Below are positions 1 through 8,423 of a stretch of DNA of 38,588 nucleotides, piece by piece; position 1 is the stretch's first letter; every line of letters starts with the position of its first letter. The DNA is from a virus. Lineage: Duplodnaviria; Caudoviricetes. Made by a program: the position numbers and the translations under genes. The stretch spans positions 1 to 38,588 of the IMG/VR virus record IMGVR_UViG_3300049437_000096, one strand, 5' to 3'. A model generated the notes under the pieces. That model worked only from the letters and a program-made list of their open reading frames with translations. It did no database searches and was not told the origin of the DNA.

Positions 1-1
1 G

Positions 2-667
2 AATAGGATCATAGTTCGCAAAGCCAGGGGGAACAGCTCCGTAGTAGCCTGGGGGAACAGCTCCGTAGAAGCCAGGGAGAACAGCTCCGTAGTAGCCAGG
101 GAGAACAGCTCCGTAGTAGCCTGGGGACAGGCCTGCATCCGGATCCAGTCGGAAGCCGCTGCCATAACGCTTTGGGGCTTTGCAGTGGCTTTTCTGTTTC
201 TTAAAACTGCTAAAGCAATTCTCAAATCAAAAACTGCAACAATCATTACACCGGAGAGAAAAGAAGGCACTGACGGCTGGTTGGAAGATGAAGGGATCGA
301 GCCGGCGGACAAAGTAATTTTATTCAAGCGCGTTTCTTCCGATTACAAAACTCAGGAAGGCGAGCGATGGGAAGCTCGCTGGCCAATCGGACTTCAATTA
401 GAACATTTGGCTTGGGAGCCGACGACAAAGGAATGCGGAGGAGGAAAGTTTCACGCCTGCTCGCGGCCGTATTTCTGCGATGAGTTTCGCAATAACCTCG
501 GCGATCGTTATATCGCCATCGAGATTGAAAAGAAAGATCTATACGCCTGGCCGAATCCTCAATATCCGCACAAGATTGCATTCAGGGCAGGCAAGGTTTT
601 GTATGAGTGCGATAAGCACGGAAGAAAAATCGAACAATTAGCAGCAGCCGGCGAGTGCAAGAAATAG
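2..667 (+). CDS. 5'-truncated phage protein with NSSV(V/E)A(W/R)(G/E) octapeptide repeats and a C-terminal Cys/His domain (DUF7666-like)
   Basis: Frame 2 is open from position 2 into the 185..667 ORF: ARGNSSVVAWGNSSVEARENSSVVARENSSVVAWG. The C-terminal region has ECGGGKFHACSRP. Confidence 0.75.
   Translation, partial: NRIIVRKARGNSSVVAWGNSSVEARENSSVVARENSSVVAWGQACIRIQSEAAAITLWGFAVAFLFLKTAKAILKSKTATIITPERKEGTDGWLEDEGIEPADKVILFKRVSSDYKTQEGERWEARWPIGLQLEHLAWEPTTKECGGGKFHACSRPYFCDEFRNNLGDRYIAIEIEKKDLYAWPNPQYPHKIAFRAGKVLYECDKHGRKIEQLAAAGECKK
23..127 (+). repeat. 24-bp coding tandem repeat, 4 full copies plus a partial
   Basis: GCC(A/T)GGG(G/A)GAACAGCTCCGTAG(T/A)A at 23, 47, 71 and 95; partial copy at 119. 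Confidence 0.95.
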
Positions 668-772
668 ATTTAACGTAGTGGATCCGGAATTGATTTTTCT
701 CGAATGGCAAATCTGCAGCTTGAAGACAAAAGCAATCAGGAAGAAAATCGTCAAAACATTTGGAGGTAATGC

Positions 773-1054
773 ATGGCTGATGACTGTGTATATATTCCTA
801 TGAAAACGATTGACGTTCTGATGCGTTCGCACCTTGGCGGGACGGAATGGAGCTGTGTAGCGGCAATACTCGGCGAATCAACCAAAGCCAAATCCAAAGA
901 GGTAGCGATCTCACAAAAAGAGTTTTCGGAGCGAACTAAGAGAGATATTGAATCCATTCGAGATAGTCTAAAAACCTTGCAGCAAAAGAAAATTATCGAG
1001 CAGACCCGCGCAGCCACTTTCAATGAGCCGGCGCGATGGAGAATGCTCGTTTAA
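773..1054 (+). CDS. Small winged-HTH protein resembling the lambda O replication protein N-terminal domain
   Basis: TIDVLMRSHL..EWSCVAAI...ISQKEFSERT...IRDSLKTLQQKKII pattern; GGAGG RBS; next to the initiator gene. Confidence 0.6.
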   Translation: MADDCVYIPMKTIDVLMRSHLGGTEWSCVAAILGESTKAKSKEVAISQKEFSERTKRDIESIRDSLKTLQQKKIIEQTRAATFNEPARWRMLV

Positions 1055-1072
1055 TCTGTTGTGCGGGAGTGA

Positions 1073-1999
1073 ATGTCAAAACTTCCTTGGATGAAGCTTT
1101 GGTTTGAAGACCTCGACCGAGACTGCGGAGCTCTATCTTTAGCGGCCCGCGGCGCTTGGATGTGGATTATAGGAGACCTTTACAATAAAGGCGGCGAGCG
1201 CTCGCTTACCTTGGAGCAGTGGTCTCGTGTCATCCGATCGAGCGTCAATCAAACTGCCTCTGTTTTGTCTGAACTAATCGTATCCAATACATGCGACTCT
1301 AACATTGAAAATGTCACGCGTGACGCTCTGTCGCAAAATAGTGACGCTCTGATAGCAATTAAATGTAGACGCATTTACCGAGAGACAAAAGAGAGGCAGC
1401 AACACGCCGCAAGACAAAGCAAATACAGAAGTAAGAGCAAAGAAGCGAATCACCAATCAGGAAGCACCGAGCAGCGAACACCGAGCAGTGACGCAAAAAG
1501 TGACGCTTGCGTGACCCCTATAGAAGCAGAAGCTAAGAAGCAGAAGCATAATAAAAAGCAAGCGGCCGGCGCTAATCGCGCCGATCCGCGGTTTATTCCT
1601 TTGCGCGATTATTTCTTCGAGCAATATCAGAAAAATCGGAAAAGGAAATTTCTGCCGAGCGGAGCTGATTTCAACGGGTTGCGAGCGCTTTTGCGTGAGC
1701 ATCAGGATTTGGATATACAGTCACTGAAACAAGCGACAGATCGATTCTTCGCAAGCGACGATCCATATCACCTAAAGCAGGGCAGAGCTCTGCATTTCTT
1801 TTGCATGGAAATAAATGCTTTCCTTGTCGACGGATTAAAAACAAAAAAGAGCGGATCGCCGCCGGCGGATATGCGAGTCGGAGAAAGCACAGAGGCTTTC
1901 CAGCCTCTGACAGACGAGCAGAGAGCAGAAGTTTTGCGCCTGGAGGAAGAAGCGAAAAAACGCTGGGAAGCGCGCCGGCCGCGTAAAGGAGCGAGCTAA
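1073..1999 (+). CDS. Phage replication initiator (YdaU/DUF1376-like N-terminus)
   Basis: KLPWMKLWFEDLDRD..LSLAARGAW N-terminus, a basic RQSKYR segment, a low-complexity linker carrying internal DNA repeats, and a helical C-terminal domain. Confidence 0.75.
   Translation: MSKLPWMKLWFEDLDRDCGALSLAARGAWMWIIGDLYNKGGERSLTLEQWSRVIRSSVNQTASVLSELIVSNTCDSNIENVTRDALSQNSDALIAIKCRRIYRETKERQQHAARQSKYRSKSKEANHQSGSTEQRTPSSDAKSDACVTPIEAEAKKQKHNKKQAAGANRADPRFIPLRDYFFEQYQKNRKRKFLPSGADFNGLRALLREHQDLDIQSLKQATDRFFASDDPYHLKQGRALHFFCMEINAFLVDGLKTKKSGSPPADMRVGESTEAFQPLTDEQRAEVLRLEEEAKKRWEARRPRKGAS
1313..1563. promoter_or_regulatory. Candidate replication origin (iterons) inside the initiator gene
   Basis: GTGACGC at 1320, 1341, 1488 and 1500, GTGACCC at 1511, palindrome GTCACGCGTGAC at 1313-1324, followed by an A-rich tract at 1521-1563. 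Confidence 0.6.
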
Positions 2000-2184
2000 T
2001 GGAATTCCACGAAAAGCGGTATTACTTGCCGATCGAACTCGCAAACGAATTAAACCGCAATGTGCAAACCATTCGGCGCTGGATGCGCGAGGGATTCATA
2101 CAGGGAGTGAAAATTCGTGGCACATGGATGATTCCGAAGGATGAATATTCGCGCTTTCTAAAAACTGGAAACCCGCAAAATTGA
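1999..2184 (+). CDS. Truncated MerR-superfamily / excisionase-like HTH DNA-binding protein
   Basis: YYLPIELANELNRNVQTIRRWMREGFIQGVKIRGTWMIP is a typical HTH_17 pattern. Confidence 0.85.
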   Translation: MEFHEKRYYLPIELANELNRNVQTIRRWMREGFIQGVKIRGTWMIPKDEYSRFLKTGNPQN

Positions 2185-2255
2185 CTATGGTCCTGGACCT
2201 AGTCCTATAACGCGTTGTAACGCGTTGATCACCTATTTTCGTCGACTTATTGACA
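2181..2255 (+). promoter_or_regulatory. Candidate late promoter region with dyad and tandem repeat
   Basis: TTGACT(2181)-N19-TATAAC(2206); dyad at 2183-2204; TAACGCGTTG twice at 2208-2227; a second TTGACA at 2250. Confidence 0.5.
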
Positions 2256-2346
2256 AACAATCTGCATCAGGTGCATTTTGCCAACTGAATAACACCAATT
2301 CGAAGAAGCTAACCGGACAATCGCTCATAAAACAAACCGGACGAAC

Positions 2347-2679
2347 ATGGCAGAGCTTTGTATTCCAGACGGGTTGGGACACCCGATCATAAATCCCTTC
2401 GGTGAAGTGATTTTGATTTCGCAGTCTGCGCTGCGCGATCTTGATATAAGAGGCTATCTGCATCGTGATCAAGCATCCGGGCTGAAAGGGATGGATCCGG
2501 CGCAGTACTTGATTTTCGTCGAATCCGAGCGCGGAACCTATTTGTTTTATGAGATTGGAGAAAACTGCAGTGGGCCCAATGTTGTCACCTGTAACTGTGA
2601 CGATTGCAAAGCGCGGATTGTCGACGAAGCGGAATGTTTGATCCGCGACGTCAGAACTCGCCAGGCGGTGAACAATTGA
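2347..2679 (+). CDS. Hypothetical phage protein (CxCxxC motif)
   Basis: First ORF after the intergenic gap, co-oriented with and coupled to the next ORF. Confidence 0.55.
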   Translation: MAELCIPDGLGHPIINPFGEVILISQSALRDLDIRGYLHRDQASGLKGMDPAQYLIFVESERGTYLFYEIGENCSGPNVVTCNCDDCKARIVDEAECLIRDVRTRQAVNN

Positions 2680-2876
2680 GGCCCGAGATCGCAGCAATGG
2701 ATCCGGAAGTGCGGGAAGTATATTTGCAGGATGTGAGCAATCCTTCATATGCTCTTCAGGGAGGAAAAAGAAATGGGAGACTAAACAAAAAGCAAGCGCG
2801 TGAAAAGTGGATATGGGGACATTTCTCGAATGCTTTGAAATATGCAGTAGAGCATCCGATTTATTTAGGTAACTGA
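2676..2876 (+). CDS. Hypothetical small protein
   Basis: TTG start overlaps the previous stop (TTGA); fills the gap to terS. Confidence 0.45.
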   Translation: MRPEIAAMDPEVREVYLQDVSNPSYALQGGKRNGRLNKKQAREKWIWGHFSNALKYAVEHPIYLGN

Positions 2877-2878
2877 TC

Positions 2879-3436
2879 GTGGAAGCCGTAGAAGTTTGGA
2901 AGTGGAATAGAAAACGGGAATATGCAGCCGAGCTGCTAGCCGAATCGCTGCTGTCATACAAAGAGATCTGCGCGAAAGTCAAATGCAGCACGGTTGCTCT
3001 GCGCAACTGGAGAAACACCGAAGAATTCAAAAAACGCGTTGACGATCTCGCCGCAGAACTGCGCCTTGAGATCAGAAATAAGGGAATTGCGATTTTGGAA
3101 AATCGCGTCATGTCTTATAACGACCGATGGCAGCGAATGCAGCGGGTGATAACCGAAAGAGCTGCGGATAAACAATTCCAAGGCGTTCCTGGGGGAGAAA
3201 CCGGGCTTCTGTGTCATAAGGTCAAATCCATAGGCTCAGGAGAATTCGCGACCATGGTCGACGAATACGAAGTGGACACCGGCTTACTAAAAGAAATGCG
3301 AGAGCATGAAGAGCAGGCCGCAAAAGAACTCGGCCAATGGCAAGACAAAGGCGATTTGAAAGACGACGGCCGAATGATTGTCATCCAGTTTGCAAACCTT
3401 CCTGCTCCGCCCTGGGCGGACATGGCTCAAAAATGA
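2879..3436 (+). CDS. terS: Terminase small subunit
   Basis: N-terminal HTH (YKEICAKVKCSTVALRNWR), helical middle region, directly upstream of terL with ATGA overlap. Confidence 0.75.
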   Translation: MEAVEVWKWNRKREYAAELLAESLLSYKEICAKVKCSTVALRNWRNTEEFKKRVDDLAAELRLEIRNKGIAILENRVMSYNDRWQRMQRVITERAADKQFQGVPGGETGLLCHKVKSIGSGEFATMVDEYEVDTGLLKEMREHEEQAAKELGQWQDKGDLKDDGRMIVIQFANLPAPPWADMAQK

Positions 3437-4992
3437 GACTGCGCAATGTTATTTTGGGGATTGTTTTAATGGCGACCGCATCCGCGATGCTGCAGGCTGT
3501 AGATTTACGCTGGCCGGCGCGCAATGACGGCATTGTCGGGCCCAGCGCCAAACAGCTGCAGTTTATAAATTGCTCCGCTAAAGAGCAATTAGGAGGCGGC
3601 GCCAAACGCGGCGGGAAGGGTATTGTCGGATCGGCGAAAGCGATACTTCTTTCAGTTTTGTTTCCTGGTAATCGTGGGCTGATCGGCCGGCAGGCCTTTA
3701 CTGATTTGCGCGACTCCACGATGGTTTCCTTCTTCCAGATGTGTCCTCCGGAGTTGATCCTCGATCACAATAAAACGGAACATCGTCTTATCCTCCGGAC
3801 GCGCGATCCGAAGCGGCCGAGCGAAATTATTTACCGCGGCATCGGTGAAGATTCAACGTTGTCCAAAAAGGCCAAGGATAAACAAAAGTCCATCGAGCTT
3901 GGATGGCTATGGCTAGACGAAGCGTCTGAATGCTCTTTTGACGCCTATCGGCAGCTATTAGCTCAGCTTTGCTGGAGACTTCCTGACGGCCGCCGGCCGC
4001 CATACATGGCTATGCTGACCAGCAATCCGGAGCCGGGCTGGGTAAAGGATCGTTTCGTCGATGCTTCAAGCCAGGATTACGTTATCGATCCGACAGATCC
4101 GGCAAAAGCTGCTTTCATTCAGTTTCTTCCTCGAGATAATCCGGGATTGCCGCCAGGCTGGGAAGATGAACTCAGGAAATCAATGGATCCGGATTGGGTC
4201 CGCCGTTATTTGGATGGATCCTGGGACATCCACGAAGGGATGGTATTTACCGAGCTCAGCGAAGAAGTGCATGATTTGGATCGATATATAGATCCAAAAA
4301 ACGGGGAGCTCTGGACCAAGTTTCATTGGCAGATGCGGCACATTTCAAGTTTGGATTACGCCTCTACAGGCATTATGGCTTATGTCATGACGGGCATCGA
4401 CAGTTCGGAAAATTGTTTTGGGCTTGAATCCATTTACGAGAAAGACAAGCTCATCTCCGAGTATGCCAAGATGATTAAGCTGCTTGATTCCAGATACGGA
4501 TCCATTGATTACCGCCTGGTCGATCCAAGCACGGAAAATAAAACCCTTCAAAATCGCGAAGAAATGATTTCCGTCCAGGACGCCTACGATCGCGAGGGCA
4601 TCAACTTGCAGTCAGCAATCCGGAGCGAAATCCGGGTCGGGATTGATCTAATAAAGCAGTACTTGCATTTCAATCCGCTGCATATAAATCCGTTTACGCA
4701 GAAACTGGGATCCCCGCGGCTATGGATTAGCAAGTCGCGCAACCCGGCCGGCTGGAAGGAAATGGTCGGGCTGAAAACTGAAGTCAAGCCAAACGGAACA
4801 ATCGTTTACAAAGGGGCTGATCACTGGATCGACAATCTGCGCTATATCCTGATGAGCCGGCCGGCGGCCGCAGAGCTCAAACGAATGGATATTCAGAAAC
4901 TCCCGACGCACGATCAGATCGCAGTCAAAAGCATGGATAGATTCTTCGAAAACTGGGGCCGCGAGGACAGCGGAGAGGGGAGCTGGTTTTAA
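3433..4992 (+). CDS. terL: Terminase large subunit (start 3433, or alternatively 3469)
   Basis: Walker A GGAKRGGKG, Walker B LWLDEA, coupling motif TSNP, nuclease motifs SLDYA and DHWIDNLRY. Confidence 0.95.
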   Translation: MRLRNVILGIVLMATASAMLQAVDLRWPARNDGIVGPSAKQLQFINCSAKEQLGGGAKRGGKGIVGSAKAILLSVLFPGNRGLIGRQAFTDLRDSTMVSFFQMCPPELILDHNKTEHRLILRTRDPKRPSEIIYRGIGEDSTLSKKAKDKQKSIELGWLWLDEASECSFDAYRQLLAQLCWRLPDGRRPPYMAMLTSNPEPGWVKDRFVDASSQDYVIDPTDPAKAAFIQFLPRDNPGLPPGWEDELRKSMDPDWVRRYLDGSWDIHEGMVFTELSEEVHDLDRYIDPKNGELWTKFHWQMRHISSLDYASTGIMAYVMTGIDSSENCFGLESIYEKDKLISEYAKMIKLLDSRYGSIDYRLVDPSTENKTLQNREEMISVQDAYDREGINLQSAIRSEIRVGIDLIKQYLHFNPLHINPFTQKLGSPRLWISKSRNPAGWKEMVGLKTEVKPNGTIVYKGADHWIDNLRYILMSRPAAAELKRMDIQKLPTHDQIAVKSMDRFFENWGREDSGEGSWF

Positions 4993-6107
4993 TGAAACGT
5001 GCACTAATAATTTTCTTTTTTCTACTCGCATCAATAGGATTTTGCGCAAATCCTGGGCCCTTCAAAGGCACCAAAATTGCCGGGATCGATATCGTAACAG
5101 CATACGGAATATACTCTGCATCCTATGGCACTGCTGCTCTGGCATCTCTGAATGCTGGCTGGGCCGCGCGATTTTGTGCGCCCGATACGAGAGATGTCAA
5201 AAGCGTTCGACTTTATTGGTCTACGATAAGCGCTCCAGGAACAGTGCGAATCCAAATACAGCCGATTGATTTAGCAACGGGCAAGCCGACAGGCACGGCT
5301 TATGATGCCAATGCGACAATCGACATTACGCCCACGGCGGGCGTTCAAACTGTCACTTTCGCAACTCTACCTGCAACGGGATTGACGGCTGGCGCATGGT
5401 ACGCAGTGACGGTAATTACCACTGTTGGTGGCACCACTCAAACTCTTTTGAGTGGTTACACATCGGTTCTCGCCAATCATCCAGTGCGCGTAATGACGAC
5501 AGCAGATGCGGGAGCGACATGGACCCTGACAACATCTACAAATCCTGTGGCGAGTATAATTTTCGAAGATGACGCGGAAGACGATCTTGGGTTCATCAGC
5601 GCTTATACTTCTGGCATGACCAACATTTACGGGACCAATGCCACATCTGCTCTGTTCACCACATCAAGCTCGATAAAAATTGCAGGTATCTGGGCGCAGA
5701 TCGTATACAGTGGTGCGCCGCCTGGTGATTTCATTGCAGCTATTTATGATTCGGTCGGCAATGTTGTTTCTGGCAGTTCCTTGGCCATCGATAAGGACAT
5801 TGTCGAAGCTACAGGCAGACAAGTGGTATGGCGTTTTGCGCCTGTAATCTTGCCAGCTGGCACGTATAGGATTGTACTTTCGTCGCCAGGGTCAAATTCG
5901 AGCAATTATTGGCGCAGCATCTATCTTTCTTGTTTATCTGCCGCCCTGGTCCCTAATTTCCGCAGCTGCACAACTGCTGATCTGACCGCTAATCCAGTGG
6001 TGTGGGATGACAGTAATACGACTCGCGTGTTTTTTGGCGGGCTGATTCTAGATGATGTTGTTGCAGGCGGCGGCGCAGCTTTGAGCCGCATCAGGACGGG
6101 AATGTAA
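4992..6107 (+). CDS. Signal-peptide-bearing, T/A/G/S-rich protein with two beta-sandwich repeats (putative virion adhesin or decoration protein)
   Basis: Leader MKRALIIFFFLLASIGFC; two related units ending LTAGAWYAVTV and LPAGTYRIVL. Confidence 0.6.
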   Translation: MKRALIIFFFLLASIGFCANPGPFKGTKIAGIDIVTAYGIYSASYGTAALASLNAGWAARFCAPDTRDVKSVRLYWSTISAPGTVRIQIQPIDLATGKPTGTAYDANATIDITPTAGVQTVTFATLPATGLTAGAWYAVTVITTVGGTTQTLLSGYTSVLANHPVRVMTTADAGATWTLTTSTNPVASIIFEDDAEDDLGFISAYTSGMTNIYGTNATSALFTTSSSIKIAGIWAQIVYSGAPPGDFIAAIYDSVGNVVSGSSLAIDKDIVEATGRQVVWRFAPVILPAGTYRIVLSSPGSNSSNYWRSIYLSCLSAALVPNFRSCTTADLTANPVVWDDSNTTRVFFGGLILDDVVAGGGAALSRIRTGM

Positions 6108-6109
6108 GA

Positions 6110-6922
6110 ATGAAAAAATATTTTCTAATACTTGCTCTCATTTTCTTTTGCCTCCCCGTGTTCGCGGGCGAAAGGATCCCGCAATCGATTGCAGTCAGAG
6201 TGCCTTTAAAGGCGTATCTGTCCAGCGATCATGTCAGCGCAGCGACGGCCAAAACGATCGCGATAGTGATATCAAAAAATGGCGGCGCTTTTGGCAATCC
6301 AGCGGCCGGGGCAACAAACGCCACTGAGATTGCAAACGGTTGGTATTACGTGGATCTTGGGACAGGCGATACAGACACCTTGGGGCCCTTAATCGTGCGC
6401 GGCACATGCGCAACCTGCGACGATGTTGAGCCAAATCCTTATACGGTTGTGAATGCTAATACCGGAGGACTGGGATACCTGGACGCGGCAATCACTTCGC
6501 GCGGGACAGGGGCTGCCTTGGACGCGGCTGGAGTCCGAGGCGCGGTTGGACTTGCCGCGGCCAATATAGATACTCAGCTATCTGGCATCAGCACGAAAAC
6601 GACAAATCTTCCTTCGGATCCGGCCGATGAAAGCTTGCTGGAAGCTGCCATAGCCGCCCTAAATAATCTTTCGACAGCGCAAGTAAAGGCTCAAATCGAC
6701 GCCGCCTTAAATATGGACTCCGGGACAGAGCTGGCGGCGATCCCAGCTGCAGCGGCTGCCTTGCGTACACAAATTCAGCTGATTTATCAAAAACTCAGGA
6801 ATGAGGAAAAAGTCGATTCCAACGCAGGAACGCAGACAATATCGAATGACGCAGGGACGGTCATCGGAACGGCAAACGTTTCAGATGATGGAACGACATT
6901 CACGAAAGGCGAAATGCACTAA
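6110..6922 (+). CDS. Signal-peptide-bearing putative fibre or decoration protein (Ig-like N-domain, Ala-rich stalk)
   Basis: Leader MKKYFLILALIFFCLPVFA; ISKNGGAF..TEIANGWYYVDL domain; C-terminus VSDDGTTFTKGEM. Confidence 0.6.
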   Translation: MKKYFLILALIFFCLPVFAGERIPQSIAVRVPLKAYLSSDHVSAATAKTIAIVISKNGGAFGNPAAGATNATEIANGWYYVDLGTGDTDTLGPLIVRGTCATCDDVEPNPYTVVNANTGGLGYLDAAITSRGTGAALDAAGVRGAVGLAAANIDTQLSGISTKTTNLPSDPADESLLEAAIAALNNLSTAQVKAQIDAALNMDSGTELAAIPAAAAALRTQIQLIYQKLRNEEKVDSNAGTQTISNDAGTVIGTANVSDDGTTFTKGEMH

Positions 6923-7176
6923 TGGCAATCGACTCGAAGAAAAAGCGCGGATCCGTTATCGAGATCGTTGTGCCGTCTGGATCGATAGACGAAGAAGAGC
7001 GTCCGACCGTTGCCGGGATTTATGGTTTTAAGAGTAAATCTACGGCATCGCAAATCGCGCGGATTTCAAGTTTTAGAGTAGGCAATTCCACTGAGGTTTT
7101 TGGTAACGTCGAAAGCTCAACGAATATCAAATTTGAAGTTTGCGAATCGGTCCATATCGCCGCGGCGGTCATATGA
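6922..7176 (+). CDS. Hypothetical small structural-block protein
   Basis: Translationally coupled on both sides. Confidence 0.55.
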   Translation: MAIDSKKKRGSVIEIVVPSGSIDEEERPTVAGIYGFKSKSTASQIARISSFRVGNSTEVFGNVESSTNIKFEVCESVHIAAAVI

Positions 7177-7481
7177 TCATAAAAATGCTGAGAGGTTCTA
7201 AGCCTAGGCTGAAAATAACCCTGACTGATCCGGTTACAAAAGCTTTCGTTGATCCGACAGGCTTATCTCTTTTGATCAAGGATCCGCAACGCGGGGAGAC
7301 AACCTACACATATTTATCCGGAGCAACAATCGTGCGATCGTCTCTGGGCGAATACTATGCGGACATCGATATGAGCAGCATGAATGGCGACTGGTTGTGT
7401 CGATGGGAAGCAAGCGGAACCGGTCAGGGGGCGGCTGAAGTCACAATACGCATTTATAGCCCGTATGATGGAGTGATTTAA
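7173..7481 (+). CDS. Single Ig-like / BppU-N-like beta-sandwich protein
   Basis: ATGA start at 7173; LTDP..VDPT...GEYYADI...GDWLCRWEASG pattern. Confidence 0.6.
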   Translation: MIIKMLRGSKPRLKITLTDPVTKAFVDPTGLSLLIKDPQRGETTYTYLSGATIVRSSLGEYYADIDMSSMNGDWLCRWEASGTGQGAAEVTIRIYSPYDGVI

Positions 7482-7771
7482 TGAGCGAAAAAATAATTCA
7501 GCTGAAATGTCCGAAATGCCAATGTGAGTTCAACGTCCATGAGCCTGCGCTTCTGGCAGATTCTAATCAGCTTATTTCTCAGGTTCTTTTGGTTCCCACT
7601 TACGGCGCTGAAGAGAGAGAGTGCCCGGGCTGTGGGATTGTTTATGCGCCAAGTATCGTTAATCCTCAAATCGCCTGGCTGCCGACGGAGAAAATTATTC
7701 AGAAGGAAAGCAGGATAATCCCTGCGACGGGACCGTTGCCGATCGACTTTCGCAGCAAGGTGAAAAAGTGA
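7481..7771 (+). CDS. Zinc-ribbon protein
   Basis: CPKC and CPGC motifs; coupled ORF. Confidence 0.65.
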   Translation: MSEKIIQLKCPKCQCEFNVHEPALLADSNQLISQVLLVPTYGAEERECPGCGIVYAPSIVNPQIAWLPTEKIIQKESRIIPATGPLPIDFRSKVKK

Positions 7772-8139
7772 TTGTCAGAGCATACAATCCAAAGACGGAC
7801 GATATTTCCAATCTGGAGCATCATGCAATCGACCTCAATCGGGATTTTGTCGTAGTCGTCGAAGATCAAGCGCGATCGGCGAATCGAATCATCGGACTAC
7901 TATCATGGCGTCTTATCGGATATGCGGATCAGCTTTCGGTGGAAAAAGGAAACCCCTTGGCGCGGCGTATCGTCGAAAAGGTTGTCGATTATGCTCGAGG
8001 GACAGGCCGGGGAATGAACATCAAAGAATGCATGTTTGTTACTGACAGATCAAATGAAGCATTCCGGAAATACATGCAAGAGAATGGCGCGGATCCGCAG
8101 CACCCCGAGGAAGTTTTTTATCAATTGGAGGTTCGCTGA
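7768..8139 (+). CDS. GNAT-fold (acetyltransferase-like) phage protein
   Basis: MIVRAY..DD start, VVVVED..IIG strand, C-terminal SNEAFRKYMQENG resembling GNAT motif B; motif A is degenerate. Confidence 0.5.
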   Translation: MIVRAYNPKTDDISNLEHHAIDLNRDFVVVVEDQARSANRIIGLLSWRLIGYADQLSVEKGNPLARRIVEKVVDYARGTGRGMNIKECMFVTDRSNEAFRKYMQENGADPQHPEEVFYQLEVR

Positions 8140-8423
8140 TGTGGAACCATCTGGAAAAAAGCAGTAAAGAGGATGTCGTCAAATCCGTCATGGACGAGAA
8201 TCACAAACCTGAAGAGGAAAAGAAGGATCTTTCTTCCGGCGATTTAGCCAGGCTGGAAATAGAGCCGGCGGATAATGGCGGTTTTACCGTTACTCATCAT
8301 ATAAAACCAAAGAAAACGAAATCCAAAGACGGATTTTCGCCGAGCGAATACCAGGAGCCTAAGCGCAACGTTTTTTCCACCCATGAAGAAATGATCGCGC
8401 ATGTCGGCAAGGTAACGAAATAA
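8139..8423 (+). CDS. Hypothetical phage protein
   Basis: GGAGG RBS; coupled ORF; IEPADNGGFTVTHH. Confidence 0.65.
   Translation: MWNHLEKSSKEDVVKSVMDENHKPEEEKKDLSSGDLARLEIEPADNGGFTVTHHIKPKKTKSKDGFSPSEYQEPKRNVFSTHEEMIAHVGKVTK

Noticed and set aside
23-127. CRISPR array or DGR variable repeat (every polymorphism involves an A)
   Set aside because: The units are contiguous with no spacers, AAC codons are invariant, and there is no reverse transcriptase or template repeat in the window.
2233-3111. 292-aa minus-strand ORF
   Set aside because: It is antisense to coupled plus-strand genes including terS, with no recognisable motif; the same applies to most other minus-strand ORFs in the track.
3337-3432. 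Track start of terL at 3337
   Set aside because: It overlaps terS by 100 nt; the ATGA-coupled start at 3433 is more plausible.
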